From positions 164,920,001 through 164,984,000 of the forward strand of contig OZ024741.1 of assembly GCA_964016885.1 (NCBI GenBank): a stretch of DNA of 64,000 nucleotides, in the 5' to 3' direction. The translations under genes and the position numbers were made by a program. Under the pieces are notes generated by a model. That model ran no database searches. It was not told the DNA's origin and was given only the letters and a program-made list of their open reading frames with translations. This stretch comes from Eledone cirrhosa. Its lineage: Eukaryota. Of this stretch, positions 1 to 13,512 are shown in pieces. Each line of letters opens with the position of its first letter. Position 1 is the first letter of the stretch.

Positions 1-743
1 TTGCTAGGTACCACGTGGACTAGCATCTTTCCTTTCTCTTATCTAGATATCTTATTCCTATTTTAGTTCCTCTATACCCCTCTAGCTTGCATATTGAATT
101 TGTTCTCCTCTTTATCCACATACTTTGCTCTTGCCCTATGTTGTATGAAATTCACGTATTGTATAGGTATTGTAGAGAATGTCCAGCAAATTATTAAATT
201 CGTGTATTTAACACTAACTTTATATATTAAATTTAAGAATATTATACATTACTTAGATGTTCTACAGAATGTATATATGACTTAGGCAAAGTATAATATA
301 ATACACAACAGAAGTTGGTAATTTTCTTACCAAACTGAAATTCCTGAAAGCTAAACTAATTAGAAATATTCTGATGAACATAGTAATCATTATAGTCTTT
401 TGTTTATTGCAGTAAGATAGTTGATTTAGCAGGATAGTTTGAGCATTACATTCTTGTTTCAGGTCTCTATGTTCTGAGTTCAAATCTCACCAAGGTTCAC
501 TTTGTCTTTTATCCTCCCAGGTTCAATAAAGAAAGTACCAGGCCAGCTCTGGCGTAACTCTTTATCCTTGCAACTGCCCCATCTTGAATATTCTGCTGTA
601 TCAAAGGAAGGAAGGTTGAGAGTGTGATTGTGTTTTTTTACGATGGCATAAGCACCAAAAACACTTAGTAAAAGCATGGTGCATACTACCATGTCATACT
701 CAATTGCACAATACATCTTTCTTAATACAAAAACATTTCTTAA

Positions 744-961
744 CCCTTTAGCATTTAAACTGGCCATATCTGGCCAGAATTCTCTCACTGCTTTCTGTTC
801 AAACTGACTGTAACCGGCCGTTCATACTGATGTTAAGGTATTGTTCTCAAAAGATATATCAAAATCTCACAGATTTGATATTATGTGAGATAATTATGAG
901 AGGTAAAGCCTTTACCAGGAAAATATAATATTTTATATAGAGTAATTTAAATGCTAAAAGG
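744..961. mobile_element. piggyBac-like MITE (~200-bp family)
   Basis: TTAA|CCCTTTAGCATTT ... AAATGCTAAAAGG|TTAA. Confidence 0.85.
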
Positions 962-1579
962 TTAATAAAACACTTTGTCCTACACATGTACTTAATCCTT
1001 GCTGAGTTCTTGTAGATTGTTTATTGTAGGTTTGTTTATCAGAAAGGCTTCTTGTACACATAAACTGAGATCTAACATAAAGCTGTTTGAAAAGCCCTCA
1101 TGTTATGGTCAACTGTTGGACAGAGATAGACGAGGTGTAAAAATGGAAAGATCTGTGTTGTGAAGCAACCTTGAACAATATTGAATGAAAATGGAGGAGA
1201 AGGTAGATCTGCACAATGCACATGTGCAAAAGACTCACTATAAATAAATGTTATGATGATGATGGTGGAATGGGGTGGGGGTGCGGGGCAGTGGTTGTGA
1301 CGATGATGATGATTCAAGAAAGAACATTAATCAAACTACATACATCCATCACTTGTAACTCAATTTAAAAATTCAAATTGCCAAAAATATCATTAGTATT
1401 ATTGTGAAGTGAAATGGCAGAATCAGTAAAACATCAGACAATATGTTTTTCAACATATGTTGTCCTGGTACTTCACATTCAGAGTTCAAATCCCACTAAT
1501 ACTGACTTTGCCTTTCAATGTAATTGACATAATTGACTTTCCCCTCCCCTCAAAATTGCTGGTACTGTGCTCAAATTAA

Positions 1580-1750
1580 CCCTTTAGCATTTAAACTGGC
1601 CATATCCGGCCAGAATTCTCTCACCTTTTTCTATTTAAACTGGCCATAACTGACTGCTCATACTGATAGGCCATCATTCTGCTAGTGTAAGATAAAGCGT
1701 TTACCACAAAAATACAATAGTATATATAGAGTAACGTAAATGCTAAAGGG
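1580..1750. mobile_element. piggyBac-like MITE
   Basis: TTAA|CCCTTTAGCATTT ... AAATGCTAAAGGG|TTAA, within SINE sequence. Confidence 0.87.
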
Positions 1751-2374
1751 TTAAAGTACTGGGGTTGATATAATCGACTCTCCCTTGTGGCCACCAAATT
1801 GCTAGACTTGTGCCTATGCTAGAAACCATTATTTCCAAGTTGTAAAATTGACTGTAACTTACTTTTGTGTTGAAAAAAAAAACAAAAAAAAAATCATACA
1901 TACAACACAAAAGTTTGTTTAGCTTCAATTGTTGGTGGTGCTCTGAATGAAGAGAATATAGGATGGGGTAGGGTGGGGATGGAACCGAACAAAAGATGCA
2001 GATCGAACATGCTATTTTCCTGTTCTACGTCTCCCTAGATATATTGATCATCCTATTTCGGCTGTAATTGTTTTATAGGTTATCAGTGTCTCTACTTACA
2101 TTGAATTTCGCTGAAGCTCAAAAATTATATTGGAAATTTTTACTTTCTCTTCTCTACCTAAGCAACAATATGAAAGGAATACTAAAGAAATATTTTCACT
2201 ATTTGGTAAAAAGAAATGTCTGGAACACTGCAGACAGCTCCTATTTTAGCCAGAAAAAAGACCAATATTTATTCCTTCTGTAATTCAAATATCTTCATGA
2301 AACAAATAATATAGAGTAGCAAAAATATGGAAATAGTACATATACACACATATACATACACACACACACATATG

Positions 2375-2432
<58 letters not shown>

Positions 2433-2463
2433 TATGAATGTATGTATATATGTGTGTGTATAA

Positions 2464-2496
<33 letters not shown>

Positions 2497-5109
2497 TGTG
2501 TGTATATATATGTATATATATATATGTATATATGTATATATATATGTGTGTGTGTATATATATATATATATGTATGTATACACACATACATATGTCTGCA
2601 TTTGCATCTCCATATACACACATATATATACATTCACATAAACACACACACACACATCATCATCATTTAATGTCCATTTTCCCTTCTAGCAAGGGACACA
2701 CACATGCACATATAAAAAAAAACATTCATACACATACCTGCACACACGCACACACACATATTATATGTAGTTATTTATTCAGGCATTATTCAATAATATC
2801 CCCCATCCCACCACACAAGCACTCAATAAATCATTTTTCCTGAAATACTATAAACTAAAGTAATAGATGAAAGAGCTCATGAGTAATTCTACTTCTCCAA
2901 TTTTATAAACCTCCTCAATACATTGAGCATGTGGGAAGACAACCGAGAAAGAAGAAAACAGCACAATAGCAAGGTCCTCTTCAGCAAACAAACAGAATAA
3001 TAGAGAAGTAGTTATAGTTATTGTCATTGTTATTATTATTATTTGCCAGTATCTGGTGTGGATTGGCAGAATCGGTAGAGCATCAGGCACACTGCTTTGC
3101 AGCATAGAGTTATGGCCTTTTATGATCTGAGTTCAAATCCCTCCTGAGGTTAACTTTGCCTTTGATCATTACAGGGTCGATAAAATAAAGTACCAGTCAT
3201 GCACTGGGCTCAATTAAATAACTTTCCCTCCCACAAAATTGCTGGCCTTGTGCCCATATAAGAAACCATTATTTGCCAGTATCAGTAGCGGGTTGGACAA
3301 CATGCTTTGTGGCATAGAGTTACGGCCCTTTATGTTCTGAGTTCAAATCCTGCAGAGGTTAGCTTTGCCTTTTATCCTTATGGGTCAATAAAATAAAGTA
3401 CCAGTAATGCACTGGGGTCAATTTAATCGACTTCCCCTACTCCTAAATCACTGGCCTTGTGCCTATAGTAGAAATCATTATTATTTTATGTCCATGTATA
3501 TAGAATAAGTACACCATATCCATGTGTATCATATGAGGCAACTAACAATTCACATTAAACATTGCTTCACATTCTCCAATTTTAAAAACCTCCTGAATAC
3601 ATTCAGCTATAAAACATTGCGTCAAAACATCCTGTCCAACCCATGCCAGCATGAAAAATGGACAAGACGACGATGATGATGATCTAGCACGGATTGGTTA
3701 GGTTGTCATGTTTTGAGATATAACAGATTAGATAATTACATTTTGCTCATATGTTCTGGTCTGGCATGGTTTCTACAGGTGGTTGCTTTTTCTAATGCCA
3801 ACAACTTTACAGCAAGTACTGGGTACATTTTATTGTGACACCAGTACTACCACTTTACAGAATAGTCTAGGTGTTTTTTATTGTGGCTCCTTGCAGAGTG
3901 TGCTATGTGCATTTTATAATGGTACAGAACTACCACTTTACAGAGTGGGAAGGTGCATTTTATTGTGGCACCAACACTACCCCTTTATAGAGTGGGCTGG
4001 GTGGATTGTATTGTGGCATCAGCACTAATAATTTGTATTGTGGCATCAGCACTAATAATTTATAGAGTGGGTTATCATGACAACAACACTACAACGTTAC
4101 AGAGTGAGCTGGAGAAATTTTATCATGGCATATTTTAGCATAGCACCAGCGCCACATTACAGAGTGGGATGGATGCATTTTATTGTGATAGTAGCATTAA
4201 TTTATAGGATGGGTGCAGGAATCATAGCATCAGCACTACTTTACAGAGTGGGCCCGGATGAATCTTATAATGAATTTTACCATAGATGTAGAAATATTAT
4301 ATCTTGTGAATGGATAATGATAAATATTCCACAGCTTTTGAATTTATCTGAAATTATAGGTTTTGTGTTCTCTAGTAGAGAAGAACAAATTAACAAAGAT
4401 TTCCTATTCTAGAATAATGTATTCATGGTGTTTGGATTATTCTATGGACTATGTTAATGAAACGGAAATTGTAAGACATGAGAAGACCCACAAATTATTT
4501 TCACTATTTTCACTTGAAAAACCAAAAAAAGAAAACAGTTCTGAAACTAGGAGAAGGGGGAGGAGTAAAGTAAAAGCAATGTATTATTTCTCAACAAATA
4601 AAATATCTTTCTCTCTTTCTATATATATATATATATATAGAAAGACATATAGAAAGACATATACACACATATATATATATGTGTCTGTGTGGGTATGCAT
4701 GTGTGTGTATCTTTATTATCTTAATAATAATTGTTTCTACTTATGGCACAAGGCCAGCAATTACCCAGTGCATTACTGGTACTTTATTTTATCGACCCCG
4801 TAAGGATGAAAGGCAAAATTAACTTCGGCGGGATTTGAACTCAGTCCGTAAAGGGACGTAACTGTGCTGCAAAGCATGGCGTCCGACCCTCTACCGATAC
4901 TGCCAATTCACCAATAATAATGGTTTCTCATTTAAGCACAAGGCCAGCAATTTCAGGAGAGGAGAATGTTGATTATATTAATCCTAGTACTTTATTTTAT
5001 TGGCCCCTGAAGGATGAATGGCAAAGTTGATATTAGTAGGATTTGAACACAGAATGTAATGAGCCTGAACAAATACTGCTAAACATTTGTCCATTGCTCT
5101 AATGACAGC

Positions 5110-5250
5110 AGAAAAGGATAGATGATATTAAGGAATGGACAGGAAGGAGTTTGGTAGAATGTATGGCATTGGCAAGAGATAGGAAAAGATGGAGAGTGCA
5201 GGTCCATGAGTCAATGACCCCCAACCCTCAGCTATGAGGATGGGATGAAG
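5110..5250 (+). mobile_element. Short 3' fragment of a different RTE-type LINE
   Basis: Translates IDDIKEWTGRSLVECMALARDRKRWRVQVHES, a typical RTE C-terminal DI..W...A.DR..WR pattern. Confidence 0.65.
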
Positions 5251-6133
5251 CTAGGCTAATGACTCATACTAACAACAAGTAAAACTGCTAATTTTCACGC
5301 TACCTACATAACTACTGACCTTACCCTCTACACAAACAATAACATATGTTTACATGTGAAAGGATGTGGCTTAGTGGTTAGAGTGTTCAGATTACAATTG
5401 TATGGATGTGAGTTTGATTCATATCGGCATGTGTCCTTGTACAAGATTTTTTATTTTACATTGCTCCAGACCATTCAACAGGAAAAAAAAAATTAGGGTA
5501 CCTGTAATTCAAAGGATCGAACTTGTCAAACACTGTGTCATACTGAATCTCTCTGAGAACTAAATTAAGAATACATGTGTCTGTAGGATGCTCAGCCACT
5601 TACATGTTAATTTCATGAGCAGGCTGTTTTGCTGATCGAACAACCAGCATACTTGTCATCAGAAATTACAGCAGCCAAAAAATAACAACACCTATCCATA
5701 CCTATTATAGATTTTCACACTGTGTGCATTTCCCATTAGGGGTTATTTTTTTATATGTGTGCATATAAGTGGCTGTGCATGTAGCTTGTGTGCATATCTA
5801 TACACATATATATATATCTATGTGTATGCATGTGTACATAGTGTTAGTTACACTTTCTCAATAATATACATTATATCTAACCAACCAATTCTAAGTGCGG
5901 ACATGTATGTCTGCAGATGATGGATGTGCAAAGAGTTATTTACACACCACCATATATTTTCAAATGTTCATAGACAGCCCAACCACCCAGAGGGGGAAAT
6001 AACTAAAATATTTATCTCTCTTCCCTCATAAATCTTGTATAACATTGCATCATCTCATCATTCCCATGGCCACAGAAAAATCTACAAATATTTATAGCTG
6101 ATGAGAAACTGGGCACTTATATGCCCAACTTTT

Positions 6134-6222
6134 AAAACATGTATGAATCATATTAAAACATGTATGAATTATATTTAAAACATGTATGAATCATATTTAA
6201 AACATGTATGAATCATATTAAA
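6134..6222. repeat. 21-22-bp tandem repeat x4
   Basis: AAAACATGTATGAATCATATT(T). Confidence 0.85.
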
Positions 6223-7349
6223 CACACCTTGTTAACTTTGCCTTTCATCCTTACAGGGTCGATAAAATAAAGTACCAGTAATGTACTGGGTAATTGCTGG
6301 CCATGTGCCAAAAGTAGAAATAATTATACTTCTTCTCACAAAACTTAGTTCTTTCCACATCATCTAACTGCTACATCTCTCTCTCTCTCACTCTCTCTCT
6401 CTCTCTCTCTCTCCATGGGTGTATGTATTATTGAGGGAATTGAAGATGCATTTCCTTAAATGACTGACTAATTTCATCCCTGTTGGAAATCTTCAAACAC
6501 TCCAAAGACTAATAGAAATGACATTTACAATAACAACCAACCTTCTATAGAACTCTTGTCTGCCTTGCTATTTAGATCTACAGCATCTTATAACTCACAT
6601 GTACATATACATAGTATTTTCTTTGTTTGTTTGTTTTCTATTTTTAAATGATATTCAAAGCCTTGTGATAATTTAAATTTGGAACAGATTTGAAAGCCCA
6701 AATGCAAATGATAAATCATGGTTTTGATCTTAAAATATCCTATTCATAGAATGAGTTGCAATAAAACGGCATTTAAATTTGTTTTTTATGATACAGAACA
6801 TGAAATTTGAGGTGGCAATGTGACTGCTTGTTTGGTCAATAACCATAGTCTGAATGAACAAGACAGCTATAGAGTAGTAGTTGAAATCAGCAGCAGTTCA
6901 TTTCCTACCATTATAGCATTAGGTCAGTCAAATGATTTTTCAATTAGGATGGAGAAAACTTTTATTTTCTGTGTTTTATTTTCTTTAACAAAAGATATGT
7001 CCAAAGCTGATTTATTGCTACTCATTTCAAATAAAACGTTTCATCATTTGCATTGTCCAGTGACGTTGTAACTCATTTCTACAGCTGAGTGAACTGGAGC
7101 AACGTAAAATTAAGTGTCTTGCTCAAGAACACAACGCAAAACCTGGTCCGAGAATCAAACTGACAACTTCACAATTGTAAGCCCGACGCTGTAACCACTA
7201 AGCCATGTACCTTCACTCACACACACAAACATATATACATACATATATAAATCCAGAGACAAATAATAACAAACTTCATTCTCAAGAAAAAACAAACAAG
7301 GGTGCTGCTTCACCATGGTCTAGGCCCTAATAGCTAAAGTCAACTAAAG

Positions 7350-8407
7350 CAGTTTTTCCAAAAATAGGTTTTGAAAAATTTATAAAAAATGCTTGTGGTT
7401 CTGCAAGGTAAGACGTCTGATAAAATTTTATAAAAAAATGTTTTTTCTTATATGAATAAATTCCCTTTCTAAAATAATTTTTGTTTAATTTAGTATCTTA
7501 TTAAAATTAGCATGATGAAGATTGTCTATAAAATTTATAGACAATCTATGTAAGTTTGGGTTCCATGATTTTTGGAAAATTGTATCAAGGTTTCATGGAT
7601 GCAACATGGCCGAATGGTTAAAGGGTTCACTTCACAATCATTAGGTCCTGAGTTTGATCCAACTGTGTGGCATCATAGGCAAGTAACATTTGCCATAGTC
7701 CCAGATCAACTCCTTGTGAATGAAATTGGAAAGATAGAAACTGTTTGGTAGCCCATCAGATAGACTGTACCTGTAATTCAAAAGGTCAGCCATATCATAC
7801 ACTGTGTCATGCTGAATCTACTTGAGAACTACATTAACCCTTTAGCATTTACATTACTCTATATTTTCTATTGTATTTTCATGGTAAAGGCTTTATCTTA
7901 CATAATATCGAATCTATAAGATTTTGATATTACTTATTTTGAAAACAATACCTTAATGTCAGCATGAGCAGCCAGTTACAGCCGGTTTGAACAGAAAGAG
8001 GTGTGAGAATTCTGGCCAGATATGGCTGGTTTAACCCTTTAGTATTCACATTACTTTATATTTACTATTTTATTTTTGTGGTAAAGGTTTTATTTTACAT
8101 AATTATCTCACATGATATTGAATATATGAGATTTTGATATTATTTATGTTGAGAACAATACTTTAATGTTGGATGAGCCAGTTACGGCCTGTTTGGACAG
8201 AAAAAGGTGAGAGAATTCTGGATGGATTTGGTCAGTTTAAATGCCAAGTGGTTAAGGGTGCGCATGCCTGTTGAATGATCAGCCACTTACACATTAATTT
8301 CATGAGTGGTCTGTTCCATTGATCGAACCACTGGAATACACATCATTAAAAATGACAGAAGTCCATTCCCTGAGGATTCCATGATGGAACAAGTTTAGGA
8401 ATCACTA
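7350..8407. mobile_element. hAT MITE expanded by nested SINE and piggyBac-like MITE insertions
   Basis: Degenerate TIRs CAGTTTTTCCAAAA / AGTTTAGGAATCACTA. Perfect 8-bp TSD AACTAAAG (7342-7349 and 8408-8415). Confidence 0.72.
7838..8251. mobile_element. piggyBac-like MITE dimer
   Basis: Two copies (7838-8030 and 8035-8251) joined at an internal TTAA, with an outer TTAA duplication. Confidence 0.82.
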
Positions 8408-8532
8408 AACTAAAGAATAACAGAATAATATCAATATCATTTACTTAGTTTAGTAGGAATGTCTTAGATTAAATAAGAAATTGAGGTTACTAGATAATAG
8501 AGTCATTAAGTTCCATGATCTGACTTACAATA

Positions 8533-9190
8533 TCATCATCATCATCATCATTTAACATCTATCTTCCACGCTAGCATGGGATAGACGGGAGTTGTCCCAC
8601 TTGAGACAAGATTAGTCGGGTGACCGTGTCTCGAGCGTATAGGACTATCTGGCAGATTTTCTATGGTTGGATGCCCTTCCTAACACCAACCACATTTTCA
8701 GTGTGGACTGGGAAATTCTTACTGTGTCTCCTACATGACTATTCTACAGTGTGGACTGGGAGTCTTTTTACCGTGTTACTTACATGACCACATTACAGCG
8801 TGGACTGAGTGTTTTTTAGTCGTGAAACCTGTACAATCTCATTAGTTTGGACTGGATGTTGTTGTACCAACATAACTTTATAGAGAAAGGGTGGGTGGGA
8901 AGATGGAGTAGGGGTAGTGGGTTGGGGTGTATATTTAGTTTGGAGGGGCCTGCTGACTGTAAGTTAACTTTGCATGTAGGGAAGGCGGGTCTTCTGTAAT
9001 ACTGTGTGGCACCAAAGATCTCGATCCAGTGACATTGTCTTAGAGAGGTGCAAGTGTGCAAGGTCAGACTTTATCATGTCGTCCCAGGTTTTTCTGGGTC
9101 TACCTGCTCCATAACTTCCATCAATTTTGATCGCCCTGCACTTTTTTATACAGCAGTCGTCTTTCATGTGAATTATGTGACCCTACCAAC
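8533..9190 (-). mobile_element. 3' end of RTE LINE (ORF C-terminus, 3' UTR, (GAT)n tail)
   Basis: [17 protein letters not shown]...[31 protein letters not shown] is nearly identical to the long ORF C-terminus. UTR motif GGGCATCCAACC and (CAT)n are present on the plus strand. Confidence 0.9.
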
Positions 9191-10482
9191 AAATAAACCA
9201 ATTCCTCTCACTGATTAAAGGAGTTCCGTTGTAAAGAGTAACGAACCACATTGTATTGTCAGTGAGAAAATGACAAATAATAGCAGATAATATTTCTGTA
9301 GAATCATTACAAGATTACTTTTGTCAGCGTGTATGTATATTTTGCTTTCACTGATACATCCAAGTATTTATTTAACCCCAGGCAAGACATCATCATAACC
9401 CATAGAAGGATAGAAACAATTATATTTAGTGTCTGCTCTTTCAATAGTAAAATAATAGAATGAGAAAGTGGTGTTTTTGATTTTTCTTCCTAAATACATT
9501 CTCCTTCACATAACAAACAGATTAAATTTGATCCATCATCTCTCATCATCATCACCATCTCTATATATTGATTCTTATATAATTACTAATAAATGATCTG
9601 TGAAGGTTAACACAAAAAGCAATGACAGAGATTCTTGGTTAAAATCAAATTATCTCATTTATCTTTCTATTGATGGATTTGGAGAGTAACGAAATAAAAT
9701 GTTCAAACAACAAAAATTAAATTTTTATTACAGTGCAAACTCTTTGCATAGTAATCTTCAGTGATCTTAGACATAGTGGAATACTCTCAGAGGGAAGTAA
9801 CTAAGTATTTCAATGAACACATTAGTTCAGATCTACATTTAGAAATCTTAAAGATAGTTCATAAGCATATTTAGGTCTTTCTCTAAATATAATCCTCAAT
9901 TAGTTACAGATCTTTCCTCTCAAGTATAATTACCACTAATTACAGCGGTGAACCATTGATTAGTTCATAAGACCCAATTTTTTAAATTTTTTTTTTGAGT
10001 TCACATATCCAATAAGACCTTTGTTCGTGGATGCATGTGATAATTAAAAAACAAACAGAAAAACTCATGCCTATTAATTCATTAATTAATACTTAGCTAA
10101 TACTTCATTAATAATTTATAAAATACATCAAATTACTGAGATAGCCTTAATATCTAAAGTATCAATTGTGCAACAGTAAAGAAGTAAAGAATAGTTTCTA
10201 TGTTGAGCACAAGGCCAGCAATTTATTCATGGCAGAGTGGGGAGGAGTCAATTGCATTGACTCTAGTATTTGACTGTTACTTTATTTTATCAACCCTGGG
10301 AAGATGACTCACAAAGTTGACATTGGTAGTACATGTAAAGAGTTACAACAAATACCACAAGGTATTCTGTCTGATGCTTTATCAATTCCACCAATCCACT
10401 TCAATGAAGAAGTAAATAATGGTTTATTTATTTATTTATTTATTTGTACTATAATTGTTTATTATTAATGAGAGATTGGGCA

Positions 10483-10698
10483 CTGGATTGGCAGAATCGG
10501 TAGAGCGTCGGACACCATGCTTAGCGACATAGAGTTACGGTCCTTTACGGTCTCAGTTCAAATCCTGCCGAGGTTAACTTTGCCTTTCATCCTTATGAGG
10601 TCAATAAAATAAAGCCCCAGTAATGTACTGGGGTCGATATAATCGACTTTCCCCTCCTCCAAATTACTGGCCTTGTGCCTCTATTAGAAATCATTATT
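10483..10698 (+). mobile_element. tRNA-derived SINE family A, representative plus-strand copy (others include 3057-3272, 3285-3482, 37767-37995, 38070-38285, 38300-38510, 59888-60105)
   Basis: A-box-like TGGCAGAATCGG, B-box-like GTTCAAATCC, conserved core GCCTTTCATCCTTA..GGTC(G/A)ATAAAATAAAG, 3' end GGCCTTGTGCC...AGAAA..ATTATT. Confidence 0.88.
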
Positions 10699-10714
10699 AA
10701 TGAGAGATTGCCTG

Positions 10715-11362
10715 GAAAATTCCCTATATGATACACCCTAGAAAATGCTCCATATGGTACACCCTAGAAAATGCTCCATATGGTACACCCTAGAAAATGC
10801 CCCATATGGTACACCCTAGAAAATGCTCCATATGGTACACCCTAGAAAATGCTCCATATGGTACACCCTAGAAAATTCCCTATATGGTACACCCGAGAAA
10901 ATGCCCCATATGGTACACCCTAGAAAATGCCCCATATGGTACACCCTAGAAAATTCCCTATATGGTACACCCGAGAAAATGCCCCATATGGTACACCCGA
11001 GAAAATGCCCCATATGGTACACCCTAGAAAATGCCCTATATGGTACACCCTAGAAAATATTCCATATGGTACACCCTAGAAAATGCCTTATATGGTACGC
11101 CATAGAAAATGCCCCATATGGTACACCCTAGAAAATGTTCCATATGGTACACCCTAGAAAATGCTCCATATGGTACACCCTAGAAAATGCCCCATATGGT
11201 ACACCCTAGAAAATGCCCCATATGGTACACCCTAGAAAATGCCCTATATGGTACACCCTAGAAAATGCCCTATATGGTACACCCTAGAAAATGCCCTATA
11301 TGGTACATCCTAGAAAATGCCCTATATGGTACACCCTAGAAAATGCCCTATATGGTACACCC
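10715..11362. repeat. 26-bp minisatellite, ~25 copies
   Basis: Unit GAAAATGC(C/T)CCATATGGTACACCCTA, head-to-tail with no spacers. Confidence 0.95.
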
Positions 11363-13134
11363 ACATCAGTAGAGTCACAAGCCATATGTGCCATACATGT
11401 GGTAAATATTTCCAAACCAGAATTGGAATTATCAGCCATGTACATAGAACCCAATCAGTTACATAGTCTAAGTCATGGTCTTCATAAATTACTGATGGAT
11501 GAAATCACACATACAAACACTTTATATCTCTTCTGTTTCTCTTTAGACCTGTAACTCCTGATGGAGTTGTAGGGGCACTGTCAGGATATATGGTGTGTCT
11601 TAGACCCATTAAACCTGGCAGAGTCCATTCCCTCCATATGTTAGAGCACAGCTGATTTCTAGAGGATAGAAAAAGGGAGGGTGAGAAAAAGATATGCTAG
11701 CATGGAAAATGGACGTTAAACGATGATGATGAATCAACCCCAGTACTGGACTGATACTTTTTTTTATCAACCCTGTAAGGATGAAAGGCAAAGTTGACCT
11801 CAGCAGGATTTAAGAGTAGAGAGTTGGAAGGAATACAGCAAAGCATTCTATCTGACATTCTCATGATTCAGCCAATTCACTGCACAATCATACTTTATAA
11901 CAGAAATTTAAAACTGTGGCATGACACTTTAACATGTCACCAATAAATTCTAGGTGTTTCGTTAAATTAAATCAAAGCTGGTAAATTTTAATGAAGTAGC
12001 AAAGTATATTTGAAATCTGACAACTCTTCTTATAATTAGATGACATGTGATATGATGTTTAATTGTTTATTTATATATTTCATTAATATCATGTCAATAA
12101 TGAAATTTTATTTTTAAAAAGATGTATTGCCAATGTGAAATGTTTGGAAAGTTGGTGTATATAGTCTCTCTTTTCATCATTAAATTTAATCCAGTTGGTG
12201 TTGGTGTTGGTATTGATATTGGTGTTGTTGCTGTTATTGTCTGTGGAATTGTAGGCCAGCATGTGTTTGTAAAGAAGAGAGATTAGACAATTATCTTAAC
12301 TACATGAAAACATAATGTAAGAACTGCTTACTGGGGACATGTGATATGATATTGAATTGTTTATTTATTCATTTCATTAATTTTCTGTCACGAAAAATTT
12401 TAATTCTAAAATATGTGTTGTCAAAGTTTGTAAAGCTCTGTTTTATAACATTTAATGTGTCAAAAGATTGTGACCATCATCATCACCATCTGTTTAAGCT
12501 TGTAGGATATAGAATTCGAAGTTGAAAAGCCACGACAATGTAGGGTTTTGGACAGAAAAAATTGAAATGCAAAAAGCACAAACAGGAGGGTTTTTCTTTT
12601 TTACCTTAATTTATTCATATGACCTGATATTTCGGGATTAGTAACTCTTCGACTGAGGAAAATAAAGGAACTATTCCAGTGTATGATGTGGCCTGTCATA
12701 CCATACTGGCTGGAAGTGGTTTCAATATTTATTTATTTATTTATTAATTTATTTTAAACTCTTTTGTGTTAAAATTATATACAATGTTTCAAGTAAACTG
12801 CAAATTCCTTCTTGTAGGATATGTTTAAGTCCATCATACACCCATCATAAGCAAACATGGTGTTTGAAAGATCAGCAGGGTGATATCTTATATCCATACA
12901 GGGCTAGCTGATGAAGGTTTTTTTTTTTTGTTTGCAACCATGCATTTGTGCATGCGTGTGTGCTTAATCTCTCCTGAAGGAAGTGTTTAGAGGAAGGTGT
13001 GAAAAACGAATGAACCAGCGGCCACATATGGCGACATAGTCCAAGTATGTAGCTGTGTTGATATATATTTAGCAGGTGAAGTAGTCGTTTTATTACTACA
13101 GAATGTAATTGAACTCTTATATATATATATATAT

Positions 13135-13512
13135 CATCATCATCATTTTACGTCCGCTTTTCCCTGCTTGCAAGGGTGGGACGGGAACTGATTCTGGCTT
13201 GATTTCTACAGCTGGATGCCCTTCCTAACACCAACCTCATTTACAGTGAGTGCTGGGTGCTTTTTTCCCGTGGCACCGCCACATCCACTTTACAGTGAGT
13301 CCTGGGTGCTTTTTTACCGTGGCACCTCCACGACCACTTTGCAGTGGAATGATATGGACCCCAGTCCCTATCATCTCATTTCTACAGCTGAGTAAACTGG
13401 AGCAATGTGAAATAAAGTGTCTTGCTCAAGGAAACAACACATCACCCGGTCTGAGAATTGAACTCAACCTTTCGATTGCAAGGCCAATGCTCTAACCACT
13501 AAGCCATGTGCC
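13135..13512 (-). mobile_element. tRNA-derived SINE family B with RTE-derived 3' tail (related heads at 5361, 7070-7215, 18350, 19440-19690, 36360)
   Basis: Near-identical to 15077-15418, with one extra ~39-bp tail unit. Confidence 0.88.

Noticed and set aside
2269-2843. Multiple 100-130-aa ORFs rich in Y/I/C/V/H/T (similar ones at 34.0-34.6, 40.6-41.0, 45.4-46.1, 54.6-55.7, 61.6-62.1 kb)
   Set aside because: Translations of stop-free microsatellite or low-complexity DNA, with no protein signal.
10715-11362. CRISPR-like array and repetitive ORFs
   Set aside because: Units are contiguous with no unique spacers, there are no cas genes, and the context is eukaryotic.
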